The notes under the pieces were generated by a model. That model made no database searches and was not told the origin of the DNA. It saw nothing but the letters and a program-made list of their open reading frames with translations. A stretch of DNA of 64,000 bases from Botryllus schlosseri. Its lineage: Eukaryota. The translations under genes were made by a program, and so were the position numbers. The stretch's first letter is position 1, and each line of letters opens with the position of its first letter. The DNA lies in the NCBI GenBank assembly GCA_051294905.1, contig CM119372.1, forward strand, positions 12,340,001 through 12,404,000. The letters are read 5' to 3'. Shown here piece by piece: positions 38,901 to 50,200 of this stretch.

Positions 38901-40098
38901 ACACATCAAATTCAGTGGTGCATTGCAGTGCTTTGATTTGTGCTTCACGTGATGGCAATGGGTTATTGACCCAGTCGGGCAATGCTACATCCCGGGCTTG
39001 AAAAACCTGGAGTTTACATGAATTTATTTTATAAAATTCGCTGTAAACATGAATCATTGACCAACTCTATCACAACAAGTGAAAATGAAATGTATTTAGA
39101 CATGTACACGGGTAGCCTACATTGCCATTTGCCACAAGACTACACGAGCTATGTGCTATAGTAGCCTACTATAATGAAAATATTATTCATTTTTTGAATT
39201 CATTGTCCAGGCAGCCGATATGCAATCACCAACACATTAAGTGGGTCTCAGGATAAAAAAAAGTATTTTGTGATCGATGTGAGAGTATAATCAACAAGGA
39301 ATGACCAAGGTGAGACATGAAAGATGGATCACAATCTAATCCAATGTATTATATATAGCTCCGAGTCTATAATTCCTGGGTAGGTAGTCACAACGGAAAC
39401 CAAAATGTTTGTCCACTTGAGCTAGTTTTTGTTTTTCTACAGGCAAACAATATTGACGGAATTAGGTTGGTTCAATGTTATGTTATATGCTATCCAATAT
39501 ACTTCTAAGCGAAGATTTCAATATGTAGGCCTACTTATGTCTCCCAAGAAGATATATTGTAATTGTATGCTCGTGTAATCTTTAGATATATCATAGTATA
39601 GGAGTTATGAGTATTATCATACCATTGAAAAAATATAGCCCCAGTTTCTTTTTGTTTCGAGACATATGTCTAAACCAAAGCAGAGCCGGGTGATTCCAAT
39701 CTAGCTAGCGTTCAATCCAGTACAGCTTTATTGAATGTACGCTAAACACTCCATATTAAGAATCAATCATACCTCATCAATTTAAATAATTCATAATGTC
39801 AAAATATTTGCATAAAAATCAAAAGTTGAACGGAATAAAAGAACTGAGCTAAGTCTATCAAACAAACACAAATTTCGATTTATAGATAGTACTAAAAATG
39901 GAAGAACATGGCATGCAAGCTGAAAGACAAATATATTTATAGATACAAACATGGGCATGAGATGAAAAATGAAGCAACTACTCTATTTATAATAAAAATA
40001 CTTACTTCGCTCGATTTCAGGTTCTTATATCCATAAAGGCCTACAACTGTAGCTCCCGCAGCAACAGCGGTTCCCCAAACCTTCCGTTGCCTCCACAT
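23932..40098 (-). CDS. GPD2: Mitochondrial FAD-dependent glycerol-3-phosphate dehydrogenase (14 coding exons, ~722 aa)
   Basis: Exons (minus): 40006-40098, 38844-39006, 38699-38783, 37490-37627, 37062-37225, 34840-35146, 33973-34166, 33303-33437, 32518-32682, 31691-31836, 31090-31299, 28865-29005, 25867-25968, 23932-24057; all GT-AG with consistent phases. Motifs [41 protein letters not shown]-hand [14 protein letters not shown]-terminus RSGGGL*. Confidence 0.96.
24472..25716. mobile_element. hAT (Ac/Tol2-like) non-autonomous element in the last GPD2 intron
   Basis: 12-bp TIR CAGAGGTGGTCA / TGACCACCTCTG; perfect TSD GAAATCAC (24464-24471, 25717-25724); AAGTAG/CTACTT subterminal repeats; inverted homolog at ~60340-61685. 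Confidence 0.92.
26015..28512. mobile_element. hAT element with GATTAC subterminal arrays, containing nested Charlie-like relic and a SINE
   Basis: 12-bp TIR CAGACATGGGGT / ACCCCATGTCTG; perfect TSD TGTCATAT (26007-26014, 28513-28520); internal CAGTGATTCCCAAC end at ~26480 and transposase relic [11 protein letters not shown] at ~26980-27012. Confidence 0.9.
27212..27488 (+). mobile_element. tRNA-derived SINE, family A
   Basis: tRNA-like head with A box (TAGCGCAGTAG) and B box (GGTTCGAGTCC), CTGCAAC loop (GCA, Cys-like), (AAAC)n tail, degenerate 15-bp TSD GGTATAGGTAATTCT / GGTACAGGTGAATCT; second copy at 62113-62448. Confidence 0.88.
32090..32339. mobile_element. 250-bp hAT MITE of the CAGAGGTGGTCA family
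   Basis: CAGAGGTCGTCA...TGACCATCTCTG; perfect TSD CTTGCTTC (32082-32089, 32340-32347). Confidence 0.9.
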
Positions 40099-41293
40099 AC
40101 TAGCAGTTTTGTGACAAGTTCAGCGTAGTCGCATAACACGCAACTCCGTATTTGTAGGCTGTTTTATATTTATTGACTGGAGCTGAAACGATATTTCGTG
40201 ATTGATCAAAGCGTAGTTACGAGCAAAAAAGTTTTGAACATAGTACAAGGATTAATATGATAGAGGGAACTATACCGTATCCACCCCTGTGAGCAAAGTG
40301 GCCACGAAGCCGACCATACGTAGAGCACGAAGCGAACGCTCAGCCAGTTTCAGTTCAACTTTGCAAATTAGAAGTATCCCGTTTCTGTTTTTGTAACACA
40401 GCTGGACCACAAATGTCACGCCTGCGCGACACCTACCGATGTATAAATATTTTAGGGAAGTAATCAGAGTTCCGGTTTTGTGCAATAGTCTAGCCCGACA
40501 AAGAGATTCGATGGGATTGTCTTGTGTTCTTTTCATTGGGGAACTCTTGAAAAGTTCTCAAAATGCATTTAACGCTTAATTACGATGCATTACGATCAGA
40601 TCATCATCGTAATTTTATTAAAATTTTCATCAAAACAAGGACAATAAATACAGTCCAGACCATAAAACGCTCTATTAATTGTTAGTGCGATTATTGAATG
40701 TCACATGCGAGATCCGACACTGCCATTTTCTGCTAGTGCGGAATGCTGAGTTATCGTCATCGATTTCCGCGTCCTTTTTGTCATCATCTGTGAGTTTTCT
40801 TTCAGTATGCAAAAGTCGCATGCCTCTATTCAACCCTATACTCTTATTTACATTTTTTCCTTCCTATCTTTTCATTTTATCGCAATCTTCAGGTGTTTCG
40901 AAATAGCGAAATTAATAATTAATAATTAATAATTATATATATATTAGGGTTAGGGTTAGGGCCGAGGTTGACGTTAAATTGAGAGGCCTTGGTCGCTTCG
41001 ACATCCTCCTATCCGTTCATTACATCGCATTGTGTTTTCTGCATCGCATTGTACATTGTGCGTCTTTAGTGGATTAAAATAATAGAAGCGCCTATTATGA
41101 GTATTTTGAACTGAACCTGTGGGAACTTCCGCTAGAACGCGCAATAGGTAGCGCCAATAATTCATACGGTTGAGTAATTTCCATCAATCAATCCATGTTT
41201 TTTTTTATGGAAATGTAAGTTGCATCAATGAATTAATGAACTAAATGTTTTTTGCATAACGTTGGGAATCTCACAGTTTTCTGCCTGCTACCG
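40099..41293. promoter_or_regulatory. Divergent GPD2/HIRA intergenic region (probable bidirectional promoter and 5' UTRs)
   Basis: Start codons 1.2 kb apart, head-to-head; probable ~62-nt HIRA 5'-UTR intron GTAAGT(41215)...CACAG(41276). Promoter function inferred from geometry only. Confidence 0.6.
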
Positions 41294-44200
41294 ATGAAGC
41301 TCCTGAAACCGAACTGGATCTCGCACGATGGTAAGGATACAAACCAAGCTGCGATATTAATATGTTTGGTCAAGACTTCTGTCTATTGTGATTTGATGGC
41401 ATTCATTTGTTGGCAGGAAATCCTATATTTTCTGTGGATCTTCACCCAGACGGTTCAAGATTTGCCACTGGAGGACAAGGTGATGGAGGTTGCAGTGGAA
41501 AGGTGGTTGTCTGGAACACGTTGCCAGTCACCAGCGCCAAGGCTGAACAAGATGAAAATGTCCCAAAGATGTTGTGCATGATGGAGAACCACTTGGGTAA
41601 GTGAATTTGCACGGTCTTTACGAAGCTGTGACCTGGTCGCATTAAATAATCGTAATTTAGTATCCTGTGCACCCACTACATGGTTGTAGACTGATCACTT
41701 TGATAATATAACGAAAAACTTCAAACTTTTATGGTATGCAACTCGTTAGGTTCGTTGATTAATGATTCGCGTCATTATTATCAAATTTGTCATGATTGAT
41801 ACAAGGAAATTAAATTCATGAAGTCATGCTATCGTATCATCAGCCTTCAGGATTACAGGACCACGACCTAACATCGACCTCCGCCACATGCCACCTCGTT
41901 TTGTCGCTTGCGTCTTATATTCTCTGCATTATTTTTCATTCAGTGTGCATGCCTCTTCTTAACTTTACCTAGGCTAAGGTGGGTGTCTGATCTTAGAGGC
42001 TACTACAAGTTGTTTCGACACCTTCCTATCTTTTCATTGTATCGCAGTCTTGTGATGTTTTTGAAACGATGAAAATATTAATAAACCTGATTCATTGACT
42101 TGACTCGGCGCATCAGAAATGTGCATTGACTCGTGACTCGGAGCAAAATTCACGAGTCAATTTCAAGTCATCAAATAATCGGTATCAATAGAAATCACTG
42201 CATCTTGCATATGTTCGGATTGTTCGCGAAACTCTCATGTAACCCGTGAGAGCGACCACTCATTCAATGATCGTGCGATTTATTGTGCCTCCATTGTTCT
42301 CTCACAATTGAATTGACCACAAACGAAGTGATTGTAGCTTATAGAGATTACGTTGTCGTAAAGTAGTCGTGAAGTAATTTAATAACAAAATATCTGGCGC
42401 TTCTTCGATATTCGCCCGGGATCGAAGCAGTGTTTCACATGACACCAGCAAGTGTTTCCTATGAATGCGATACAATTTTATAAACGTCCAAATAATTTTT
42501 TTTACTTAGGAGATACCGGATATTAGGGTTGGATGTGGGTTAGGGTCAAAGTTGGGATTAGGGTTTCCCAAGATTACGGCTGGGGGAGGGGGATATTAGG
42601 GTTAGAGGAGAGGGGGACATTAGGGTTAGAGGAGAGGGGGACGTTAGGGTTAGGGGAGAGGGTAATATTAGGGTTGGGGGAGGAGGATATTAGGGTTGGA
42701 TGTGGGTTAGGGTCAAAGTTGGGGTTAGGATTTCCCAAGATTACGGTTGGGGGAGGGGGATATTAGGGTTGGATGTGGGTTAGGGTCAAAGTTACCTCTC
42801 ATTCATAATATAGCCTACTCATTTTCCTCGCTTTCAACAGTTTCTGGTCGCTTTTAACAGTACCAGTACTAATGAATGAAATACCCTACCAATAGTGTGG
42901 TACCGTAACTTTATACTATTCTTCGAAATTATAATGAAATGGGGCCGTCAGGATCTGGGTCATATGTCTTGTTCCGAGTCATGCACAATGACTCGAGTAC
43001 AAGTCGAGTCATGCTGTAGTCCAAGGTGGGTGTCTGAATAAAAGACTACTCCCTGTCGTTTTGGCACCCTCCTCTATCTTTTCATTATATCGCAATCGTG
43101 TGGTGTATTGATTTGATAACAATATTAATAAATGATGATGATGATGATCTATACATAGATTGACTCAAGTCGAGTCATTTTCCGTATTTTGAGAAAATGA
43201 CTCGAGTCAATCAGAGTCACCGACAAATCGTGACTCGAGCCTGACTTGAGTCATTACAACCCTGTCTTTTACCCATCGATATATCCATACGAGACCACGC
43301 AAAACTCCAGGACCGTGTTTACTAATGTAATGCACCATTCCAATATGTAAATTTTCGAGTCCCTACTCGCGTCTACCGTTCATGCGCAATGTGCATATAT
43401 GTCAATAATATGAACTCCTGAAAATAGACTTGTAATACGTATGTTATGTCTTTAGCTTGTGTCAACTGTGTAAGGTGGTCGTGCAATGGACGGTATCTTG
43501 CTTCCGGCGGAGATGACAGAATTATCATGATATGGCAGTTCGCCGGTACGGTATTCATGTTAGCGCAAAGTTTTTCCCGTTTATATATACGATGTAATTT
43601 ATGTTATACAGGCTACGGAAAGACAACGACTTTCGGAATGTCAGACACCCTAGCAAGTGGTTTGGTTGGCGAGAGGTGGCGTGTGGTGAACACTCTGAAA
43701 AAGCACACCGGCGGTGAGAATATTTGCGTACGGTACTGTGTACTTGAATAAAATACAATATTCACTTTTTGAATTATAGATGTCCTTCATCTTGCCTGGT
43801 CTCCGAACGATGAATTTTTAGCGTCGTGCAGCATCGACAACACAATTGTGATATGGAACGCGTCGCGGTTCCCAGAAGTTACGTCGGTATTGCGCGGACA
43901 CACCAGCCTAGTGAAAGTACCGCAAATCCTGTGTGGGTTTTTCGTTATTTTCTTACGATATGCGTACTGTTTTGCAGGGAGTGACTTGGGACCCTGTCGG
44001 TACTTACGTTGCTTCGCAGTCCGATGATAAAAGTATTAAGGTCTGGAAAACTTTGGATTGGAAGCTGGAGGCTACCGTCACTGAGCCTTTCGAAGAGGTT
44101 TGTCGAGCCTAGTGTACTTTCTCGTGCGCGTTGAGAAGTGTTCCCCATGATCATCAATAACCAGTTTTTCCATAAATGAGTCGAAATTCGCGGTCTCTTA

Positions 44201-47200
44201 TGTGGCCATCGACTGTGTTCTCCAAAAGACTTGATGTCTGCTTGTTGGAAACGCACACATATCTAATTGGTTTAGGGTTGGGTATTGTAGGAGCATCCGT
44301 ATCCTTTACAGCCCTAACCCCAACCGTAAGCTATTGAAGCATAGATATATATATATGTCTGAGCAAGAAAGTACAGTTCTTTGTGCTGTTCACTGATATC
44401 ACCGGCAGCTGCCAATTATAAGCGTGCGCATATCGACATATATGAGTCGGATAAAAAATTTCCAGTGTGGGGCCACGACGCATGTGTTACGTCTCGACTG
44501 GTCGCCCGATGGGGGATACCTGGTATCTGCGCACGCCATGAATAATTCCGGGCCCACGGCGCAGATAATCGAAAGGTCCGGTTGGAAGGCTAACATGGAC
44601 TTTGTCGGACACAGGAAAGCGATTACGTGCACTCGGTAGGTGCATAACTTATATCTCAAATTTTAGTAATTGTGTGAGCGATTATTTGTTTCAGATTCAA
44701 CAATCGTATGTTTTATCGGCACAGTGCCAAGTCCGGCAGTAAAGCGAAGATGCCATACACATGCTGCGCTGTAGGTAGTCGGGACCGGTCCCTTTCTGTG
44801 TGGCTTACTTCACTGCGCAGACCTCTAGTTGTCGTTAATGATCTGTTCGACGATTCTGTCATGGATATTTCGTGGTAAGTCATTACTCAAGCAGACCTGA
44901 TAAGTGAAAATAGGAGAGTGTATTATTTCATAGCGATATTTATTTTCCAAATTGGCAAATAAGCCCGATATATCTATTATATATATGACGATAGAGAGAA
45001 AAAAATAGTTTGAATGAAGAGATATATTCACAGTGTAGTTGACCTGTGTGTCAGGTTTTTGATCAATCAATTAGGCATTAGGCATCAAGCTGTCATCGTC
45101 CCCCCCCCCCCCCCCCCCCCGTGTAACGCGATTACCATTCCAGGTCGTATCTGGGACAAAGTCTCCTTTGCTGTTCCTGGGACGGCTCGGTTGCGTATTT
45201 AGAATTTAAACCGGAAGAAATCGGCGAGGCTCTGTCTCGAGAAGAAATGGTAAAAATTGACGCTTCTGGTGGCTGATCCGTTATCACTTCCCAGGAGGCC
45301 GATGTATGTTTTTTTCCAGAACGATCTCCACAAGAGAACGTACGGAAAGTCGATGTCTATCTTGTCCCAGCCCCGCGTCATCGAGAACCCCGCCATGCTG
45401 GCCATTCAGCAGAAGAATTCCGAGAAGAGCGAGACGGAGGACTCGAAACAGCCAGACGCCGAGGTGCGGACTCCGACCAAATATCCGGTGAGTCTTCGCG
45501 AGCGGTTGACAGGGAAACTTTAAATTTGAGTTGCTCGCTCTTTGTCAGACGAAGCAAATCGAAGTGCGGACACCCAGCGGAAAACGTCGTATCACGCCTA
45601 TCTTTGTGGCTGCGCAAGAAGAGTTGGGGTAAGATTTTGAAGAGATATGTTTGGTTTATTGCAAAACTAAATTCGGACGTGGAATGTCCGTGGGACTTTT
45701 GAGGCTCAAGGCCGGTACGTGATTTGGGTTTAAAATAGGAGATCTGCCGATTTGATATTCTGAATTTGAAAAATTATATATCCGAACCCAGATCCTAATA
45801 TGACTTGAATAAAATCATGAAAGAGAGAGAGAATCTTTACTTTTCAATTGTGCAAATCGAGAATATATATAGCAAAGTAGGCAATCAGGTAAACATGATA
45901 TACAGATAACAAGGCATAGATGGGAAGCTCAATATAATCGAGTCATCAAAGCCGAACCCCCCAAGCCAGGAGTATCTTAGTACACAAGTAGTTTCCTTGA
46001 AAACTTGTTCTTTTTGTTATCTAAAGTTTGAAATCCAGAGAAACGAATGACAGCATCATGGAAAACAATTGGAAATTAGGTGAATAAAAATAAGGTCTAT
46101 GGCAGGGGTCACCAACCTTTTTGAAACCAAGTGCTACTTTTACTGATCAATGTGACGGGCTACCAGATACTCCCACTGTTTACATGCCCATGTTTGGTTG
46201 AAATTCTTCACCTTGACATTCTGAGCGTAGGGCAGGGTTTCCGCCCTCACCTCGGTGCCTCTGAGTTCAGTGTCGTTGCCGTAGAGGCTCGGAGATATTA
46301 ACTAGATTCCCTTTTGGACTCCGTGAGCAAACCCTCTGATCAAAAACTGTGTCAGCTGTGACTTCAGTTCAACTGCTGTTCACACGAAACTCTCTTCCAC
46401 TGTGACCTTCAGATCTCTCATTTGAGTGTATAGTATTGCCACAATGGGTGACTTATCTGGTCGTTATGCGCTGACGGGCACCGTGTTGGTGACCCCTGGT
46501 GTTTGGTCATTATGAATCATGGATCCATATCTGATCAGGAAAAAAATCTTCGAATCCCATTCGTTGAACCTTTTCAGAAGCGTCCCGAGGCCGTTCGGCA
46601 CCGCCTTCGGCTCGTCCACGAATCTCTCGTCTAACTTGAGCAGATCACCCAGCAAACTGAGCCGACTGGCCGATAAAAATCCGGTAACCCACCGACTATA
46701 TGCGGTCTCGGTAATTCAGTAACGCAAAAACGCTTTCCAGCTCTCCGAATGCGAGGAGGTGTTCCCCGCGACGCCGAAAGACGGAACTCCGCAGAACTCG
46801 GAAAAGGCCAAAGTCGTTTGTAACGGCAGCGGCACCGAAGAAACGGGTACCTTGATGCCGAAAATTTCGCCGCTTTCGAAGACGAAGCAAAACGGAGGCA
46901 CGGCCGTGATCGGCGACGCCACGCTTCCGGAACAGGTATTGTCGGAATTCTTTCCTTGCGTTGCTCGATATTTTTCTGCCAGAGGTGGTCGAAGTAGTGG
47001 CTGTGGAGTCGGTTCACTTTGAATCCGACAAATACTCTCGAGTCCTAATCATGTTTTTCATATTTTATTATTAGTAGTACCTATTATTTGTGATTGAAAA
47101 AATTGTCCTCGCTAACTTTGTGAACTTCCCCTATGATGTTAGAAACTTAATTCCATCCACAACGGAAATGGCACTCTTTAGTATCGTTCAAGAACTTTCG

Positions 47201-50200
47201 GTTCCATTTTCTTCGACTCCACAGTAGAAGCACGTAAATTTCTACTACATTACCAATAGAACTAATGATCATCAAGAAGTGCCCTTGTCCAAACTGCTTC
47301 GAGTGGAAATGAAATAAGAGTGTCTCGAAAGTACCCAAGTTGGTAGATTGGGTCGGGGGTTTGCGTGCTTTTGGTGGCTATTTTCTAAATTGCAAGTTGC
47401 ATCTTCGCGACTAATGCTAAATGACCGATACAAATAGATGCAGTGTTCGACAATATATTTAGCAGTCAACGCGGACGGCTTTTTCACGAGGTTCTAATGA
47501 CGATTTCTCGTGTAAAAGTGATGCAAATTTATTCCAAAACTGCTTTCTAATTTTCAAACTATCCGACTTGTAAAAAGCTAGTGGTTTTACCTGAAAAACT
47601 GTTCAAATGGGAGGTAGTCTCAAAATAGAATCACTTGAGTAAGTGCTCAAGTAGACAGAGCCGACTTGAGTTATCTGAAATAGTGAAAGTGCTTCGTTAC
47701 CGATCGCCTCCTTGTCCGCACTCAGAAAAAGCACATCCTGGATTCGAGGATAGCCGAGAAAAGTCCCTCGTCCAGCTCAGACAAGTGAGTCCCAATCGGC
47801 GGATTTCATATCCGGTACCTGTAGCGATCGCCGATTTGCTTTTCAGATTGACAAAATTGCAAAAACCGTCCGCCAAGGCGAAGAGCTCGGAAAAGAAGCA
47901 GCACCAAGAGAAAAAGGCCCACTATGCGGCAGCAGAGGTTTCTTCGCCTAGCACTGCGTCTGCACAGCCCAGAAAACCCGGCAGGCCGCCTGGTACGTTT
48001 TGTGTTTGGGAGAGTACGCGAGATCTGTGACACGTGTCAGCAGCCTTGCAACCAAGTCACAAGACGATCTCACCTTTATAGTTTTTACTCGTGACAAGTC
48101 GGTTCATTTTCAATTCACCACGGAGTCAAGTCCAAGTCTGTGGGTGGAGGGCCGAGTCTGAGTCGTAGTGTTTTGACTCTAATCCGAGTCCAAGTCAATT
48201 GCGTTCACCGTTCCGTTTTGAGTTCAATTCGGTTCAACCCACATTTTTTAACTCTACTCGAGTGATATAAAATGGCTCACATTCATAATATCGTAATTTT
48301 CCTCAGTTCTAACAGTTTCTGGCCCTATTTTTCAAGTATCAGGACCGATTGACGAAATACAAATAATTTTCGTTACTTTACTATTCTTCTAACATACAAT
48401 GAAATGTCTGTCTTGGCCGTCCTAGTCTCTAGTCATGACTTGGTCTGAGTCTCGAGTCATTTAACGCGTTCGGGAAAATGACTCAAGTCGAGTCACCAAA
48501 AAATCGTGAATCGAGTCGTTACAACTCTGTGTGTCAGTGAGCAAAGGCAGATTGTTAAAAAGTAAAGTACCGAAGTGCGTAGGTGTTTTTTAGCCGATGT
48601 TGCTATTGCTATTTTTTCAATGTTCATGTGCGTCTTTCTGCCAGCTTTTGAAGCAACATTTCTATTTCTATTGTATCCAAAATCTCTATTTGCCGCCGTT
48701 TCGGGCACTGCTTCAGCTCCAACGATGACCGTATGTCATAATCCAGGAGAAGTCGTTACTGCTTAATTATAAGTAGAGGCAGCGATTTTCAACACAAGTC
48801 AAAACTACTTCCGAGTGGAAGTGGAAAATGGATGTTCGAAAAATACTCGAGTATTTAAAAAAAGTAGGTTTGGTCGAGGATCTGTGTGCTTCTTGTAAAT
48901 AATTGCTGACAACTCCGTTCAAAATTGGAAAATGCATCTTTGCGGCTAACGTAAATAGACTGATGGCACTGAATGTGGAACCAATCTTCGAAAATATATT
49001 CATTTAACTGTGATATGAGGGCTATTTCTCCCGGTTTCACTCATAAAAGCGGGGTTAACTTATCCCAAATCTGCTCTGTAAATTTAGAGTTTAAAAAAGA
49101 AGCTGTTTGCCTGAAAAGTTGAAATCGAAGTAGCCCACAAAGTCATAGCTACTAGAGTAAGCAGCTGATAATAGCAAAAACTAATTGAGTACTGTACTAC
49201 GAAAATGTTGAATTACTTTGTTACTGTTCGCCTCTGGTCTCTGGTATGTTTGGGTTCAAGTCCAGTATCTTGTCGTTCAGGTTTTGCAGCGAAACGAAAA
49301 ACCAACGAGACGGCCACGTCCGAATCGCCGAAACAACCCAAGCGTGTGCGCAAGGACAACGTCGTGACGCCCGGAGTTTCGCGTCATTCCACGCCCGTGC
49401 AGCAGGTGATGCGTAATTACGCGCGTACCCCATTAAGATTTTAACGCAAACTCTTCTTTTTGCAGTCGCTGCAGAGTAAGTTGAACGGGCATCCTCCGAC
49501 ACCGGTTCCCACTCATAAGTTGCCGCCTAGGAGAATACCCAAACTGCTATCCGCTCAGGTTTGCTGTTTGTATCGCTATCGCTTAGTTTCGTTTGACGTA
49601 GATTGTACAATAGAGCAGTTTAATAGAAAAAAAAACTTCATTTTTTCATCTGCAATGCGAATGAATTGTCAATTTGCCTAAAAAACATTCAGCAATTTGC
49701 CTAAAATACATTCAGCACGCCAAATTTGGCTCAATCCCAACTGGCATGAGTGAAGTTATTGCAAATTTCGTCACTTCGCCATGACCAAACATGTTCCAGG
49801 CATTCCTGCAGTGAGATTGATGCTTATTGTAGTAACTTCGGTTCTACTGGTTGGAATAACTGTTTTACTATGCCAGTGACATCTATGAAAATATTTTAAT
49901 AGTTCTATTGTGAGGCCAGGTCAAAATGTTATGCATTCTTCGCTTTAGTAGCTGATAGCTTTTCCTAAAATTGTCTGTATCGTATTGTGGGTGCATTTTA
50001 GGAATTTGTGCTTGCTTGAGACTCGGTTGTACCTAGCAATTTGTGAGCGTCATCACAGGTGATACTCAGTCAGCTTCAACGAAAAAGCACGCATGCTTAT
50101 TTCAATTGAATGTACGTTACCGTTTTGAAACTGACAAATTGCTCTTAACTGAACAGACTTCAGAAGAGGATCCAATCACTGTGAAGCTGCACAACGACCC

